Source: an uncultured bacterium (lineage in GTDB: Bacteria; 4484-113). From it: 43,944 bases of DNA. The stretch spans positions 1 through 43,944 of the forward strand of contig CAVVLL010000009.1 of the NCBI GenBank assembly GCA_963749125.1, written 5' to 3'. The notes under the pieces were generated by a model. It was not told the origin of the DNA, made no database searches, and worked only from the letters and a program-made list of their open reading frames with translations. Below, one piece after another: positions 19,616 through 30,151 of the stretch. The position numbers and the translations under genes are program-made. Position 1 is the first letter of the stretch. Every line of letters begins with the position of its first letter.

Positions 19616-22468
19616 ATGCTGAACACGCATTTCAAATACGCGTGCCGGTTAAGTCCGGCTTTTTTCATATTAATCCTCGTCCTAGCCGTTTTCTCCTGCG
19701 CGGGGAAGCGGGCACTGGTGGACGCAGGCACGCCCAGGCCGTTCATTGCTGATTCCGCAGTCGCGGAAGCGCTTGCGATGCAGCCACCTTCAGGCGTGGA
19801 CCCGGCGGTATTCAACAAGCTGCGCGATGAGCTTGTGCGCCAGTTGACGCTTCGTGCGGAAGGGAAGCTCGCTAGCGCGGCTCCCATTGGCTCAGGGGCG
19901 CAGGTGCGCGACCTCGCATACGATGCGGGCACAGGCGAGCTGACCTGGAGCTATGCCAACGCGGGCGATTACAACATTGACGGCATTGTGGGCGTGGCGG
20001 ACATCACACCGCTGGCGACATATTTCGGCGCGAATACGACCGATGGACTCGGCAACGACGCACTGGAGACCTGGCTTGATGGCGACGGCAGCGGCACCAT
20101 CGGCATCGGCGACATCACTCCACTCGCCATGGGCTTCGGCTTTGAAGTCGATTCATACATGATCATGTCCGGCGACGCGCCTGCCACAGCCTTCACCCAA
20201 ACCGGCTCGGCAGACTTTAGCACGCGAAACACGAGCACTATTCCGCCGACTTTCGCATACGTCAACACCGGCCTGCCTACCTCAGGCGCATACTGCAAAG
20301 TTATCCCGCGTGACAGCCTGTCCGTGGCGGGCATTGATAGCCTGCCGTTGAACATCGCAACCGGCGGAGTGATTATCTCCACCGGCACCATCGGGCCTGA
20401 AGGCGGAACGCTAGACGGCGGCGCGGTCACGGTCGTGTTTGAGGAAGGCGCACTCGCCGATGATACGCCGCTAACTCTTGAAGACGGGCCTGACGACGAA
20501 TATGATGAGCAGGTTAGCGATGGCTTCTACATCCGAGGGTTGCCTGACTCATTTACCGAGCCGATTGCGGTTTCCATAAAGCTCAACCAAGCGCCTGCCG
20601 AAGGCGACAACTACATGCTTGCGCTGGATGAAGGCGAGGTGTGGGCAAGCAGCGCAGACGGCGTCAGCCATGGGGCAGTTCACTTTACAGGCGATATCGC
20701 CGGTGGCGTTTTCACCGCGTCCATACCGCCCACCACGCCTGACAGCGGAGTGTCTTCGCTGCGTTCGGTGAGCGCGGAAACCGACAAGACGGTCTACATC
20801 ACGGTCGTTAACCGCCGCCACTATTTGATGAGCAACAGCGGCAAGTTCCTCGTTTACTTCCCAGGCGCGGAAGAAGTTCTGGCCAGCGCGATAGCTGATG
20901 CGCTTGACGAAGCTTACAGCGAAATTGGAGCCCTGGGGCTTTCCTGGGCGCGGCGCACAACTTGGCCTCTTGAAGTTGCGTTGAAGATACGAGGCCCGGA
21001 CGATCCTGACGGAGAATCATTCACCAGCCGCTTTTACGGCGTGAATGGCGCGCATATCATCCTCAATTCCACTAACCTCGCTACCACTGCGCTGGGGCGC
21101 GCTACCGCTGGACACGAACTGCTGCACGTGGCGCAGTATCTTTACGACAACCGCAACCGCGTCTCCTCCTCAGTCTCCGACGGAGGCTGGCTATGGATTG
21201 ACGAAGCGACTGCCACCTGGTTCGAGCGCTTGATGGAACCATCATTGATCCCTAGCACGGCCGACCAGAACATCGGATTCATAGAAAGCCCTCTCGCACT
21301 CAATACCCAGGATCACGGCTATGGCGCGTCCATGTTCATCACCTACATGGCTCGCAATTACGGCAATGATGTTGTTGGCAGCATCATCAAAAAGAAGTGG
21401 GATAGCGCCACGCCGATAGACGCCTTGAAGAGCGTTTCGTCCTCTCTAATTGGAATCGACTGGAGACGCTTTGCTGAGGATTACATGAAGCTGGCCGTCT
21501 ACGGCGACGATACCCGCCCGCTGGCGGCAACCATCAACGGCATGCAACTGGGAAGTTTCAAAATAGAAAACGACCTGCCCGGCGAAGGCGCGACATTCTC
21601 CTGGTCAGGCGCACCTGATCTCTCGGTGCGCGTTTACCGGATTCAGTTCGGCTTTTATGTGCACTGGGAAGATACAGACTACTTATCGTTCAAATTCTGG
21701 GGTGAGGATCCGGATGCGGCGCCAGACAACGCAGCCTTCATCGTATGCAAGTACGCAGACGGCAATTACGATTACGTTGGCACATACTACGATCACGAAA
21801 CCAGCATCTTCGGGCTTAAATCAATTGTAGACGCCTCTGGAGCGGTTTACATTATGGTAGTCAACCAGCACGAAACGCCTCCTTACACTAGCACACGTCC
21901 CGATGCCCTTTATCTCCAGGTCACGCGCGAAGAGGATTTCATGGCGCGCCTGCGTAAATGCAATCAGCTAATTCTTTTCAACAACGCCCAGGCAACCTAT
22001 ACGACTACCGAACCAAATACTGAGGTTCGCGACTACAACATGAACCCCAGCTTTGATACGATTCAATGGAGCGGCAACCAGTTCTGGAGCGAACATGAGG
22101 CTATGAATCCCGGCCAGGATGACTTCTACGTGGAAGGAACGGTAGATCCCGACGCCAAGCTGCTGACTCTTCACTTCAACTACGAATACGACTACACGAG
22201 TTACGAAGGTCGGCACTCCTACGCTTCCGCGTCTTACACTTTCTCCGCGCTGCCGTTGCAATCTTTAGAGTATTACCTGTATCCAGGCATTGCGGGCTCA
22301 GTTTACGGTCCATCCTGCGGCGATTTTGTCACCAGCATAAGCCATACAGGCTACCACGACGGCTATGAAGATCAGGACTACGATTACGTGTGGTCCGACT
22401 TTGCTTGGCCAAATCCCAGCACCGCAGATGGGAACTTTATAGCAGCGCGCTTTGATTGGGATTTATAG
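19616..22468 (+). CDS. Large lipoprotein with N-proximal dockerin-like module and HExxH zinc-metallopeptidase-like domain (paralog 1)
   Basis: Signal peptide with Cys (AVFSCAG). Paired calcium-binding-like segments GDYNIDGIVGVADITPLATYFG and LDGDGSGTIGIGDITPLAMGFG at 19960-20150. HELLH at about 21121 (TAGHELLHVAQY) with DEATATWFE downstream. 950 aa. Confidence 0.6.
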   Translation: MLNTHFKYACRLSPAFFILILVLAVFSCAGKRALVDAGTPRPFIADSAVAEALAMQPPSGVDPAVFNKLRDELVRQLTLRAEGKLASAAPIGSGAQVRDLAYDAGTGELTWSYANAGDYNIDGIVGVADITPLATYFGANTTDGLGNDALETWLDGDGSGTIGIGDITPLAMGFGFEVDSYMIMSGDAPATAFTQTGSADFSTRNTSTIPPTFAYVNTGLPTSGAYCKVIPRDSLSVAGIDSLPLNIATGGVIISTGTIGPEGGTLDGGAVTVVFEEGALADDTPLTLEDGPDDEYDEQVSDGFYIRGLPDSFTEPIAVSIKLNQAPAEGDNYMLALDEGEVWASSADGVSHGAVHFTGDIAGGVFTASIPPTTPDSGVSSLRSVSAETDKTVYITVVNRRHYLMSNSGKFLVYFPGAEEVLASAIADALDEAYSEIGALGLSWARRTTWPLEVALKIRGPDDPDGESFTSRFYGVNGAHIILNSTNLATTALGRATAGHELLHVAQYLYDNRNRVSSSVSDGGWLWIDEATATWFERLMEPSLIPSTADQNIGFIESPLALNTQDHGYGASMFITYMARNYGNDVVGSIIKKKWDSATPIDALKSVSSSLIGIDWRRFAEDYMKLAVYGDDTRPLAATINGMQLGSFKIENDLPGEGATFSWSGAPDLSVRVYRIQFGFYVHWEDTDYLSFKFWGEDPDAAPDNAAFIVCKYADGNYDYVGTYYDHETSIFGLKSIVDASGAVYIMVVNQHETPPYTSTRPDALYLQVTREEDFMARLRKCNQLILFNNAQATYTTTEPNTEVRDYNMNPSFDTIQWSGNQFWSEHEAMNPGQDDFYVEGTVDPDAKLLTLHFNYEYDYTSYEGRHSYASASYTFSALPLQSLEYYLYPGIAGSVYGPSCGDFVTSISHTGYHDGYEDQDYDYVWSDFAWPNPSTADGNFIAARFDWDL

Positions 22469-22578
22469 TCCGTGATCATTCTGACAGCTGGCGCATATTT
22501 CAGGTGAAAGCACATACCGCGCGCGATAGGAACTGCTTAGCTTGAATATCTCATGATATTGCAGCTAGCTTCACCGTA

Positions 22579-25476
22579 ATGTATCATTTCACAGCTATGA
22601 CTCACACGAACACCGCTTGTGGCCGCTGGCTTTGGCTGGCACTAATCCTATTCGCATTCACGCTCCTCCTTGCTGCCACATCCTGTAGCGGAAGGCGTAC
22701 GCTTACGGAGCAAGGAACTCCCCGCCCCTTCATTGCTGATCCCGCAGTCGCGGAAGCGATGGCGATGCAGCCACCTTCTGGCGTTGACCCGGCGGTGTTC
22801 AACAAGCTGCGCGATGAGCTTGTGCGCCAGTTGACGCTTCGTGCGGAAGGGAAGCTGGCGAGCGTTGCCCCCAGCGGTGCAGGTGCGCAAGTGCGCGACC
22901 TTGCGTATGATACTGGCACGGGCGAGCTCACATGGAGTTATGCCAACGCGGGCGATTACAATATTGACGGCATTGTGGGCGTCGCTGATATCACACCGCT
23001 GGCGACATATTTCGGCGCGAATACAACCGATGGACTCGGCAACGACGCACTGGAAGCCTGGCTTGATGGCGACGGCAGCGGCGTAATCGGCATCGGCGAC
23101 ATCACTCCACTCGCCATGGGTTTCGGCTTTGAAGTTGATTCATACATGATCATGTCCGGTGACGCGCCCACCACAGCCTTTACCCAAACCGGCTCGGCAG
23201 GCTTTAGCATGCGAAACACGAGCACTATTCCCCCGACCTTCGCATACGTCAACACCGGCCTGCCTACCTCGGGCGCATACTGCAAAGTTGTCCCGCGCGA
23301 CAGCCTGTCTGTAGCAGGCATTGACAGCCTGCCATTGAACATCGCAACCGGCGGAGTGATTATCTCTACCGGCACCATCGGGCCTGAAGGCGGGACGCTT
23401 GAAGGCGGCGAAGTTACGGTCGTGTTTGAAGCAGGCGCATTCGCAGATGACACGCCGCTAACCCTTGAAGACGGGCCTGACGATGAATACGATGAACAAG
23501 TCAGCGATGGTTTCTACATACGCGGGCTGCCCGATACCTTCTCCGAGCCGGTAACCATTTCCATCAAGCTCAACACGCTTCCCGGCGAAGGCGACAACTA
23601 CATGCTTGCACTGGATGAAGGCGAGGTGTGGGCAAGCAGCGCAGGCGGCGTCAGCCATGGGGCAGTTCACTTTACAGGCGAAATCGCCGATGGCGTTTTC
23701 ACCGCAGAGATTCCGCCCACTACACCCGACAGCGGAGTGTCTTCGCTGCGTTTGGTGAGCGCGGAAACCGACAAGACGGTCTACATCACGGTCGTTAACC
23801 GCAGGCATTACCTATACAGCAACAGCCATAAATTCCTCGTGTATTTTCCCGCAGGCGATGAAGTTCTTGCAGCTGCACTCGCCGACGCGCTTGACGGCGC
23901 TTACACGCAAATCGAATCGATGGGCCTTTCATGGGCAAGGCGCACAACCTGGCCGATGGAGACCGCGGTTAAAATACGCGGCGCCAACGATCCCGACGGC
24001 GAGTCATTTACCAGCAGATTGTGGGGCGTAAATGGCGCTCACATAGAGTTCAATACCACAAACTTGAGTTCATCAAACGACCTGGCGATTGCGACCGCAG
24101 GGCATGAGCTGTTGCACGTTGCGCAGTATCTATATGACAAGCGAAACCGCGTATCTTCATCCCTCTCCGACGGCGGGTGGTTGTGGCTTGATGAAGCGAC
24201 TGCCACGTGGTTTGAAAAGGAGATGCCTGTATCGTCTAGCTACATTCCCAATACCGTAATTCAGAACCTATATGCGGTAGAGCAAGCGCTGGAGACGAAC
24301 ACGCAGGGCCACGGTTACGGCGAATCTATGTTTATCACCTACCTGGCGCGCAAGCAGGGCGACAATGTCGTCGGCGACATCATCAAGAAGAAATGGGACA
24401 ACTACGCGCCAATTGACGCCTTGAAGAGCGCTACATCTTCGCTGCTTGATGTTGACTGGCAGCTATTCGCTGAAGACTTCATGAAGTTGGCGGTTTACGG
24501 GCCGGGCACATATCCCACCTCTGCGGATATCAATGCCATGCAGAAAGGCTCCTACCAGTATGCCGACGAAGTTCCGGATGCCGGGACAACCTTTATGTGG
24601 GCGGGCGCGCCTTTCCTTTCGGTAAAGATATTCCGCATATCGTTCCTTACATTTGCACACTGGAAGGAAACTGACGAGCTGGCGATAAAGTTCTTCGGGG
24701 CAAATCCCGATGAAGCGCCGGTGGACGCAGCTTACATAGTCTCCAAATACGCGAACAACGTTTATACCTACATCGGCTCCTTCACCGACAATGAGAAGAA
24801 ACTGGAAGACATTGAGCCGGTTGCAGACGCATCCGGGGCGTTTTACTTCATGGTCGTCAACCAGTCTCTTGACTTCCCCTACTCCGGCGGGCGCTCCGAC
24901 GTTATAAGCCTGCAAATCGGGCGCGAAGAGGACTTCATGGAGCGCTTGTGGAAGAATGATGAATTAGACTGGCGCGTTAGTTGCGATGCGCGCTACATCA
25001 ACAGCCTTGGCGTAAACGAAATTCAAGGCAACTACTACTTTTCGCGTGGCTTCAACACAATTCACTGGGCTGGCAATGATTTCTGGAGTGACCATGAATT
25101 TCTAAATCCCGGCGATGATTATTACGTTGACGGAACCGTGAATCCGCTAACCAAAACGGTTAGCCTTACCGTCACTTTCCATAACGATTCATACACAAGT
25201 CTTTCATATAGAGATATCGCGTTCACATTCACAAACCTTCCACTATCGCCAGCTCCATCGTATGTCTATCCAAGGATTGAAGGCGCATTCCATGGCCCTG
25301 TTTGTGGGACTTATGTGACCAGCGCCATACACACCGGCTTTTCGGATGGATGGCCATACAACGAATCCGGTCCAGAAGATTACACATACAGTTACAGCGA
25401 GTTTGCCTGGCCGGATCCTGACTTATCCGGCGGTGATTACATTGTCGCCAGATTTGATACAGGCTGGGTTGACTAG
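22579..25476 (+). CDS. Paralog 2 of the dockerin-like/HExxH lipoprotein
   Basis: 965 aa. Its N-terminal about 400 aa (coded at about 22700-23800) is about 90% identical at the DNA level to 19710-20810. It has the same dockerin-like module (22954-23137) and TAGHELLHVAQY (about 24104). The C-terminal half is much more diverged. Confidence 0.6.
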   Translation: MYHFTAMTHTNTACGRWLWLALILFAFTLLLAATSCSGRRTLTEQGTPRPFIADPAVAEAMAMQPPSGVDPAVFNKLRDELVRQLTLRAEGKLASVAPSGAGAQVRDLAYDTGTGELTWSYANAGDYNIDGIVGVADITPLATYFGANTTDGLGNDALEAWLDGDGSGVIGIGDITPLAMGFGFEVDSYMIMSGDAPTTAFTQTGSAGFSMRNTSTIPPTFAYVNTGLPTSGAYCKVVPRDSLSVAGIDSLPLNIATGGVIISTGTIGPEGGTLEGGEVTVVFEAGAFADDTPLTLEDGPDDEYDEQVSDGFYIRGLPDTFSEPVTISIKLNTLPGEGDNYMLALDEGEVWASSAGGVSHGAVHFTGEIADGVFTAEIPPTTPDSGVSSLRLVSAETDKTVYITVVNRRHYLYSNSHKFLVYFPAGDEVLAAALADALDGAYTQIESMGLSWARRTTWPMETAVKIRGANDPDGESFTSRLWGVNGAHIEFNTTNLSSSNDLAIATAGHELLHVAQYLYDKRNRVSSSLSDGGWLWLDEATATWFEKEMPVSSSYIPNTVIQNLYAVEQALETNTQGHGYGESMFITYLARKQGDNVVGDIIKKKWDNYAPIDALKSATSSLLDVDWQLFAEDFMKLAVYGPGTYPTSADINAMQKGSYQYADEVPDAGTTFMWAGAPFLSVKIFRISFLTFAHWKETDELAIKFFGANPDEAPVDAAYIVSKYANNVYTYIGSFTDNEKKLEDIEPVADASGAFYFMVVNQSLDFPYSGGRSDVISLQIGREEDFMERLWKNDELDWRVSCDARYINSLGVNEIQGNYYFSRGFNTIHWAGNDFWSDHEFLNPGDDYYVDGTVNPLTKTVSLTVTFHNDSYTSLSYRDIAFTFTNLPLSPAPSYVYPRIEGAFHGPVCGTYVTSAIHTGFSDGWPYNESGPEDYTYSYSEFAWPDPDLSGGDYIVARFDTGWVD

Positions 25477-25752
25477 GCGCGCACTATAACCACGCTTCAC
25501 CTATGCCCATGCCGGTGGTGGATGTCGGGGAAATGCGCGTGGGCGTGCTCAGGCCAAACAGCAGCGTAGCTCCCAGCGCCGCCCACACGCCCGCGTAATT
25601 TCCTCTGTCAGCCGCCTTTCGCACCTGCGTATATTTTACACGCCGCGCATGCATTGCGGGAACCTCGCGCCTATCCCGCGCATCCAATTATCATCGCGCC
25701 TGCTGTGTTCGTGCGATAATACCCGCGCGCCTTTGCGGGCGCATTCGCATTA

Positions 25753-27249
25753 GTGGACAAGACGATGGGACGGCCGCAAAAACCCGACGGCGACCCGCCC
25801 GCCGATGCGTCGGTGCTCATACCGTCGCCCGGCACGGAGATGGAGGTTATCGCCGGTAACATAGCGGAGGATATCTCCGCCGCATCCGGGCGCGTGCGCT
25901 GCGACTTGACCGAAGGCAGCATCCTCGGCCACATCATCCGCCTCGCGCTGCCGTCCATGGCGACCACCGCGCTCATCTCCAGCTACCAGGCCATCAACAC
26001 CTTCTTCATCGGGCACATCCCCGGCGTGGGCACGCAGGCGCTGGCGGCGATGGGCGTGTGGGGCAACTTCTTCATGCTTTTCATCGTATTCAACCAGGTC
26101 GTCGGCATCGGCTCGGTGGCGCTCATCTCGCGCTCCTTCGGCGCGAAGAACTACGAAGAGACGAAGATAATCATCGGCCAGACCTTCATGTTCAAGCTGG
26201 GGCTGGCGCTCACAGTGACCGTGCTCGGGTTGCTCTTCACGCGCCAATTCTACGTGCTGTTCGGCAGCGAGCCTGCGGTCGTTAACCTCGGCTGGCAATA
26301 CGGCTCCATCTTTCTGCTGGGCTTGCCGCTATTCTTCTCCGGCTTCACGCTCAACACCGCGTTCAAGGGCATCGGCGACATGGCGAAGCCGCTCTACATC
26401 AGCATTTTCGCCGTCGCCCTCAACATATTCTTTGACTACACGCTCATCTTCGGCAACCTCGGCTTCCCGGCGATGGGCATACGCGGCGCGGCGGTGTCGT
26501 CCATCATCGCGCAGGCGTGGACGCTTGCGGCGCAGCTGTTCATCTGGATGACCGGCCGCACGTTCATCAAGCTTGAGCCGCGCCACTTCTTCCAGCTCTC
26601 GTGGGTCTGGGTCAGCCGCATCCTGCGCATAGGAGTGCCCGCGGCCGTCGGCGAAAACGTGCGCCAGTTCGGCCAGTTCGCCGTCGCGCGCGTGATAAAT
26701 GGCCTCGGCACCAACGTCATGGCGGCGCACACGGTCATCCAGCCAGTCATGGGCTTCTTCTGGATACCGCTGGGCGGCTTCGGCGAGGCGGTCGTCACGA
26801 TGGTGGGGCAGAACCTCGGCGCGGGAAAGCCCGAGCGCGCAGAGCGCAGCGTTTACACGGCGATGGCGACGGTGCTCAGCATCGCAGTCGTCGTGAGCGT
26901 GTGCGTGGCGGCCTTCGCGTCGCAAGTCGTGCGCATGTTCACGCAGGACCCGGCGGTCATCCCCACCGCCACCGGCTTCATGCGCATCGCCTCGGTCGTG
27001 CTGCTGTTTGTCGCGGCGAGCATGACCATCGGCGCTGCGTATTGGGGCAGCGGCGACACCAAGCCGCCGATGTTCATCGCGATTGCGACGACCTGGCTCG
27101 TGAACGTGCCGCTCGTGCTGCTGTTCATCTACAAGCTCCACTTCTCCGTCTTCAGCATCTACTGGGCTTTCTTCGCCACCGAAGCCCTCAACCTCGCCCT
27201 CTTCTTCTGGCTATTCAGGCTGGGGCGCTGGAAGCGGGTGCGGGTGTGA
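25753..27249 (+). CDS. MATE-family multidrug/toxin efflux transporter
   Basis: 12-TM layout with a MATE-like N-terminal block (LPSMATTALISSYQAINTFFIGH, ALAAMGV). The start is probably downstream of 25753. Stop codon is TGA. Confidence 0.75.
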   Translation: MDKTMGRPQKPDGDPPADASVLIPSPGTEMEVIAGNIAEDISAASGRVRCDLTEGSILGHIIRLALPSMATTALISSYQAINTFFIGHIPGVGTQALAAMGVWGNFFMLFIVFNQVVGIGSVALISRSFGAKNYEETKIIIGQTFMFKLGLALTVTVLGLLFTRQFYVLFGSEPAVVNLGWQYGSIFLLGLPLFFSGFTLNTAFKGIGDMAKPLYISIFAVALNIFFDYTLIFGNLGFPAMGIRGAAVSSIIAQAWTLAAQLFIWMTGRTFIKLEPRHFFQLSWVWVSRILRIGVPAAVGENVRQFGQFAVARVINGLGTNVMAAHTVIQPVMGFFWIPLGGFGEAVVTMVGQNLGAGKPERAERSVYTAMATVLSIAVVVSVCVAAFASQVVRMFTQDPAVIPTATGFMRIASVVLLFVAASMTIGAAYWGSGDTKPPMFIAIATTWLVNVPLVLLFIYKLHFSVFSIYWAFFATEALNLALFFWLFRLGRWKRVRV

Positions 27250-27254
27250 GGTGA

Positions 27255-28578
27255 GAAGAAGAAAAGGAATGGGTAGATACTCTGTTGGCGTGTCAAGGGA
27301 TTGGCGTTAGATTTGGAAAGAGGATAGACCCATCGTATGCGGTTGATGATTTGAACATGCCCCAGATGGCATGAAGGAGCTTGCGCATAACGGCGACGAT
27401 GGCTTGGAGTTTCTTCTTTCCCTTCTGCAACAGTTTTTCATAGAACGCGCGCACGTGGGGGTCGTGCTTTGACGCCACCATGGCCGCGAAGAAGAGCGCG
27501 CTTCTAAGCCTGGCGTTGCCGGAGCGGCTGATGCGGCCCGGCTTCTTTATGCTGGTGCCTGATTCATGGTGCGTTGGGTCGAGCCCGGCGAAGGAGGTCC
27601 ACTGGCGCGCGGACAGGTCCTCCGGCAGTATGCAAAGCTCCGCCAGTATTCTGACCGCGCTGGCCACGCCGATGCCCTTCACGCTGAGAAGAAAGATGGA
27701 ACTTATGGCACAGCTCGCCATCGGCCTTGATTATCTCCATGGCCTCTTTGCGCAGCCGCTCCACGCACTCCTCGTGGCCCTTGATACTGGCAAGGATGTC
27801 CTTTTCCACGCAGAGCGGGCACTCCCCGGCGGCACGCAGCGCATGGCGGCGGCACTTCTCCGCGGCTTTCTCGCTCACCCTTTCATCGATGCGGCGCGAG
27901 ATTGAGCGAAGAAACATCATGTTTTTGCTGGGGGGCTGCCACTCAACGAAGCGTTCTCTTTGCGCAAAAAGCGCGATCACCCTGGCGTCCACCTTGTCGG
28001 TCTTGGAGCGGTGGTTGGTCGCCCGCGCGTAGCTCTTGATTTTGTAGGGGTTGGAGACCATCACGCTGATCCCCTTCTCCGAGGCCAGCTTCGTTGCAGG
28101 CTGCAGAAAGTACGAGCCAGTCGCTTCCATGCAGGCAAAGACGGGGCGTTTGAGCGCTTTGAGCAGCTTGGCGAGATCGTTGATGCCTTCCTTGTCATTG
28201 GTGAAGCTTCCGCAGTCTTGTGCTGAATCACCGATGCGCAGCGCGAGGACGAGCTCGCGCGAACCCACATCCACTCCGGCGTAGGCCGGGCCAGCACTTG
28301 CACAAACACTTTTACCCATGAGATACTCCTATAGGATACTCTTGCTTGGGTTCCCCGCCCTCAGGGGTATGCTGCCGACCTTGTAAATGCAGGCTCGTGG
28401 GCCTTTGATACTCTGCGGTATGGCATATCCGGGCGGGGGGCCAATCTACCAGTGCAGGCTCTATGGCCTAAGGCGGCAACGGCCTCACCCAGCCCTACCA
28501 ATATACAAGGCGGCACTTCAGTGCCGCTCTGGAATTCACTGCGGGACTAAAGTCCCGCCTACCCGGTTATGAAATTCA
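27255..28578 (-). mobile_element. IS110-family insertion sequence (boundaries approximate; no terminal inverted repeats expected)
   Basis: It contains an IS110-type transposase split over two frames. There is about 260 bp of 5' non-coding leader with a gcgggactaaagtcccgc palindrome. It sits between the MATE stop and the decayed GAPDH-like gene. Confidence 0.55.
27293..28319 (-). pseudogene. IS110-family transposase interrupted by a single frameshift (about 27715-27725)
   Basis: The N-terminal part (28319-27564) has the DEDD-type motif GVDVGSRELVLAL and MEATGSYF. The C-terminal part (27721-27293, different frame) has LLSVKGIGVASAVRILAEL...FAGLDP..SG...RISRSGNARLR (Transposase_20). Combined length of about 342 aa is normal for IS110 transposases. 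Confidence 0.65.
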
Positions 28579-29786
28579 CTACACAATCGTCGTGAGCAGG
28601 TGGCGCTTCTCAATGACTTCTTCAACAATGGCCGCATAATCTTCTGGATACAGGAACTTCAGCGCGCATGCGATGTTGGAGAGCACAGCGTTGCCCTCCT
28701 GCGGCACCAGCGTTGACAGCATTATCGTGCTCAGGTCAGGCGCATTAGGGCTTGGCATCACGCCGATGCCCGTCCATGGCACGATTTGCGTTTGCCCTTC
28801 CAGCACAACTGCGTAATCGTAACCCCGGCTGGCAAAGCTGAAGGTGCAAAACTCGTCGTAGACCTGCCCCATGGACTTATAGTCGGTGAACGCAAGCAGC
28901 GGGCAACTATCCAAGCGCTCGTGCACCATCTCCTTCGTCCACTTTCCTTCAACGGTGATGACGAAGTAATCGGCGTGCATGAACGGCTGCGGCACCTTCA
29001 CCGCGTGCGAAACCAGGCGCAGGTTCGGCGGCACGCGCCCGCCCAGCGCGCTCACAAGTATCTCGTGAGGCAATCGCGCGCTTGGTGCGTCCCACAGTCC
29101 TCGTCAATCAATGGCTCGTAAGTCGGCGTCTGAATCGCGCCGCCTTCCTTGCCCTTGTCCTGGTTGCGGCGGTCAATGTAAACGATGGCCTGGTGCACGC
29201 TGTCAATGTCCTTGCCGCTGTCGCTAAGCCCCCAAAGCAGCGCGGTGATGGCGTGCGTGTTGCACGAGGGAATCTCAACGCGCCTCTCCATCGTCAGGTC
29301 AACGACGGTATCATTCACACCGTACATTAGCTGCGGCCCGAATTCGCCGATGCCGCCTTCCGCAGCGATGCCGCGCAGGTCTTCGCGGCTGCGCTCGGCC
29401 AGCAGGTCTTCATACCACGCCTTGATGTCCAGGCCGGTGCAGTCAATTATGCAGTTGACCTTGCGCGCGGCTTCTTCAACCGTAATGGCCTCGGGGTAGC
29501 GGAATCCGTGGAAGGTCGCTTCGCGGAAGCGCTCCTTTACTTCGCCCTGCACCGCAAGCTTTATGCCGTATTGCTCGTGAAGGCGCAGCATTCGCCCGAT
29601 GTTCTCGGGGCGCCAGGCGCGCTTGGCAATGAACAGCTCGGCCTTGGGCATGGCAGCGCGCAGAAGCATCGCAGTCGGGATGGCGACCGCGCCCGTGCCG
29701 ATAACCATTACGGAGAAGCCGTCGCCGTCGGGGAGCTTCCGCCCAGCCTTGGCCGCCGTGCTGTTCACATTCCTATTTGGAGACAT
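28579..29786 (-). pseudogene. Type II (archaeal-like) glyceraldehyde-3-phosphate dehydrogenase family gene, frameshifted near 29052-29073
   Basis: N-terminal part: Rossmann MVIGTGAVAIPTAMLL, IIDCTG, and the SCNT active-site motif (EIPSCNTHAITALL), characteristic of type II GAPDH. The C-terminal domain continues in another frame (28579-29073). Confidence 0.4.
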
Positions 29787-29872
29787 CGCATCCTCCCAGC
29801 GTTAGATCAAGGAGATTTTAGCATGCTGCCGTTTCATCAGCCAAAGCCATGTGCTCTGCACTCTATCCCTAC

Positions 29873-30048
29873 TTGCTGAAGTGGACGGTGATGATGTCGC
29901 CGTTGCGGATGGTGTATTCCTTGCCTTCAAGGCGGTGCTTGCCTGCAGGCTTCACTTTGTCGGGCGAGCCCAACTCAATAACATCGGCGGCGTTGAATAC
30001 CTCGGCTCGGATAAAGCCCTTCGCGATATCGGTGTGGATGGCGGCCGC
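29873..30048 (-). repeat. Displaced duplicate of the 3' end of the ychF-like gene (left direct repeat; partner at 38850-39028)
   Basis: The minus strand translates to AAIHTDIAKGFIRAEVFNAADVIELGSPDKVKPAGKHRLEGKEYTIRNGDIITVHFSK*. This is about 90% identical in nucleotides to the C-terminus of the intact gene at 38850. Confidence 0.8.
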
Positions 30049-30151
30049 CGCCCCAAAGCTCTACTTTCCAGCCGAAAACCGTCTCATAGAAACGCTTCGC
30101 CTCGGCCATGTCCGGCGTGGGTATTTCAAAGTGACAGATGTCGTGGCTCAT
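30049..30151 (-). pseudogene. N-terminal 34 codons of a VOC/glyoxalase-family gene, truncated at the junction with the ychF 3' fragment
   Basis: A ggagga RBS precedes ATG at 30151. MSHDICHFEIPTPDMAEAKRFYETVFGWKVELWG is a typical VOC N-terminal beta-alpha-beta unit. The reading frame then runs out of frame into the ychF fragment. Confidence 0.5.

Noticed and set aside
25477-25752. Small ORF 25484-25687 (minus strand, 67 aa) and a gcgcgcctttgcgggcgc palindrome between the second HExxH lipoprotein and the MATE gene
   Set aside because: The ORF has no RBS or recognisable features and lies in a promoter-like intergenic region. The palindrome could be a terminator or operator, but nothing distinguishes it.
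27255-28578. Terminal inverted repeats or target-site duplication for the IS110-family element
   Set aside because: None found by eye. IS110-family elements typically lack terminal inverted repeats and target duplications, so the boundaries given are approximate only.
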